A stretch of 64,000 nt of DNA from Squalus acanthias (Eukaryota), in contig CM059432.1 of assembly GCA_030390025.1 (NCBI GenBank), forward strand, positions 135,286,001-135,350,000, in the 5' to 3' direction. The notes beneath the pieces were generated by a model that saw nothing but the letters and a program-made list of their open reading frames with translations, was not told the origin of the DNA and searched no databases. Of this stretch, positions 62,544-64,000 are shown piece after piece (within the stretch, counting starts at the first letter, position 1; every line of letters starts with the position of its first letter). Made by a program: the position numbers and the translations under genes.

Positions 62544-62741
62544 ATGATGCGGAGATGCCGGTGTTGGACTGGGGTGGACAAAAATGAGAAGTCGCACAAC
62601 ACCAGGTTATAGTCCAACAGTTTTATTTGAAATCACAAGCTTTCGGAGCTATCGATCGCCCCTTCCTCAGGTGAAGTAAAGAGATACAGAATCGCCAAAG
62701 CATATATAGATAGAGAACAATGCATGTGTTACTTACAAAAG
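62544..62741 (-). mobile_element. PLE family A pseudo-LTR with tail (young copy)
   Basis: Nearly identical to the reverse complement of 472-634. Confidence 0.87.
62633..62674 (-). ncRNA. Minimal hammerhead ribozyme motif (family A), sense to the ATP9B pre-mRNA
   Basis: Exact reverse complement of 539-580. Confidence 0.85.
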
Positions 62742-62752
62742 AAACTGCAGAT

Positions 62753-63045
62753 GGGGGAACTGGGTGGCACAGTGGGCCTTTCACCGCTGAACCCTGGATC
62801 AAATCCACCCCAGACTATGGCACTATGCAAAATCAGTTCCTAGTGAGCATGTGCTTACGGAACAAAACTGCCTGTAATTTCGCACTAACAGACAAAGTCA
62901 TTCAGTTTGGATTGAGAACGATTGATAAGAACAATTGTAAAAATTGCCATACTGATTAAGTAGGTTAGGACTGAGGAACATTCTTGGGGCAGAGTAGAGG
63001 AAGCTTTACTCTGCACCTAGCTGTGCTATACCGGACCTGGGAACA
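62753..63045 (+). mobile_element. tRNA-headed SINE resembling LF-SINE
   Basis: A-box-like tggcacagtgg and B-box-like ggatcaaatcc; gcctttcacc, cagttcctagtg and ggggcagagtagaggaagctt...tgtgctatacc blocks recalled from LF-SINE. Confidence 0.5.
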
Positions 63046-64000
63046 CTTCTGTGCCAGAAATGGAAAGTTTTCATTCCCCAACACCAACATCCCGCACCTT
63101 GAAGAAAAAAAAATTCTACCTCTTGAATTAAATGTGGCAGAACTTTGAATTAGACATCTGTAGTACTGGTGTACCATTTTCAATAAATTGTAGATAAATT
63201 TTGTTCTTCATAATCACAAAGATATAAAACAGGAATCTTGCCTATAAATGCTAAATTTTTCACTTCAGATATTGTACAATAAAAAAGTGCATAAGCCACT
63301 TATTTTTAAGCATACCATATAAATGATGTAATTCTAAACTTAGTGGTTTACAAGATGATCCTCTATTTACAGGGTTTAAATAAGTAACAAAGATTTAAAT
63401 GGATTTAGTTTTGATCAAAAGCAGAAAACTCTGGGAAATTCCTCATAGCTTTTCTGGTGCTCAGTACCCAAAACATGCTGTGACTTGCTCTGTCCTCGCT
63501 GTGATGTGAACATGTCCAATATTTGAGTACACTAAATGGGTCAAAGTTAATAAAGAGGTATGACTAATACCCTGTTTTAATGGCCAATTCAGATTCCATT
63601 AAAAGTCTACTGATGTGATCTGAATCAGTGTTGTGAATACAACAGACTTCTACATGGAAAAGCTAAGATCTAATTTGTGGCGGAAAATATTACTGGGAAA
63701 ATGTGCTGCAGTGGGAAGACAGAGTAACAATCACCAACTGCCAGAGTAACTACCAACAACAGTCCCAGCACTATATAAGTGATTCAGACTTGAGCCTGTG
63801 TTTGGTGTTTATAGAGATCAAGTGAAATCTGACCTTATGGTGGTCATTCTAGACAAGTTCAATACAAGTTGCAATAGGTAGACTTTGTCCATGCTTCTAA
63901 GGACCATCATATGATAGCAGACCTCAATGAACAAGACATGAGGGTTGTCAGTTTCCAGCAGTGACATATTCAGCATGATGAAACGTTCAGTTTTTTCTAA

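Overview
Eukaryotic, repeat-rich genomic DNA; the repeat inventory (CR1, L2, RTE, Penelope-like, Deu-domain SINEs, GC-rich MITEs) suggests a cartilaginous fish, most likely a shark (inference). The only host gene I can support is the 3' part of the P4-ATPase flippase ATP9B on the minus strand. It has 11 GT-AG coding exons from 61453 down to the TAG stop at 29131, splicing in frame to 432 aa, plus a ~2 kb 3'UTR ending near an AATAAA at 27139-27144; the gene continues beyond the right edge. Positions 1-27100 are intergenic. The most striking non-coding structure is nine minimal hammerhead-ribozyme motifs in two Penelope-like retroelement families, with covariation, inverted-end insertions, target-site duplications and two 5' junctions exactly at the ribozyme core. 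Also seen: a twin-primed RTE LINE, many PIF/Harbinger-, hAT- and Tc1/pogo-type MITEs (two families as local inverted pairs), ancient SINEs, and an unexplained ~140-nt hairpin element duplicated in two ATP9B introns. Repeat boundaries without a stated TSD are approximate, and family names come from recalled consensus features, not database searches.
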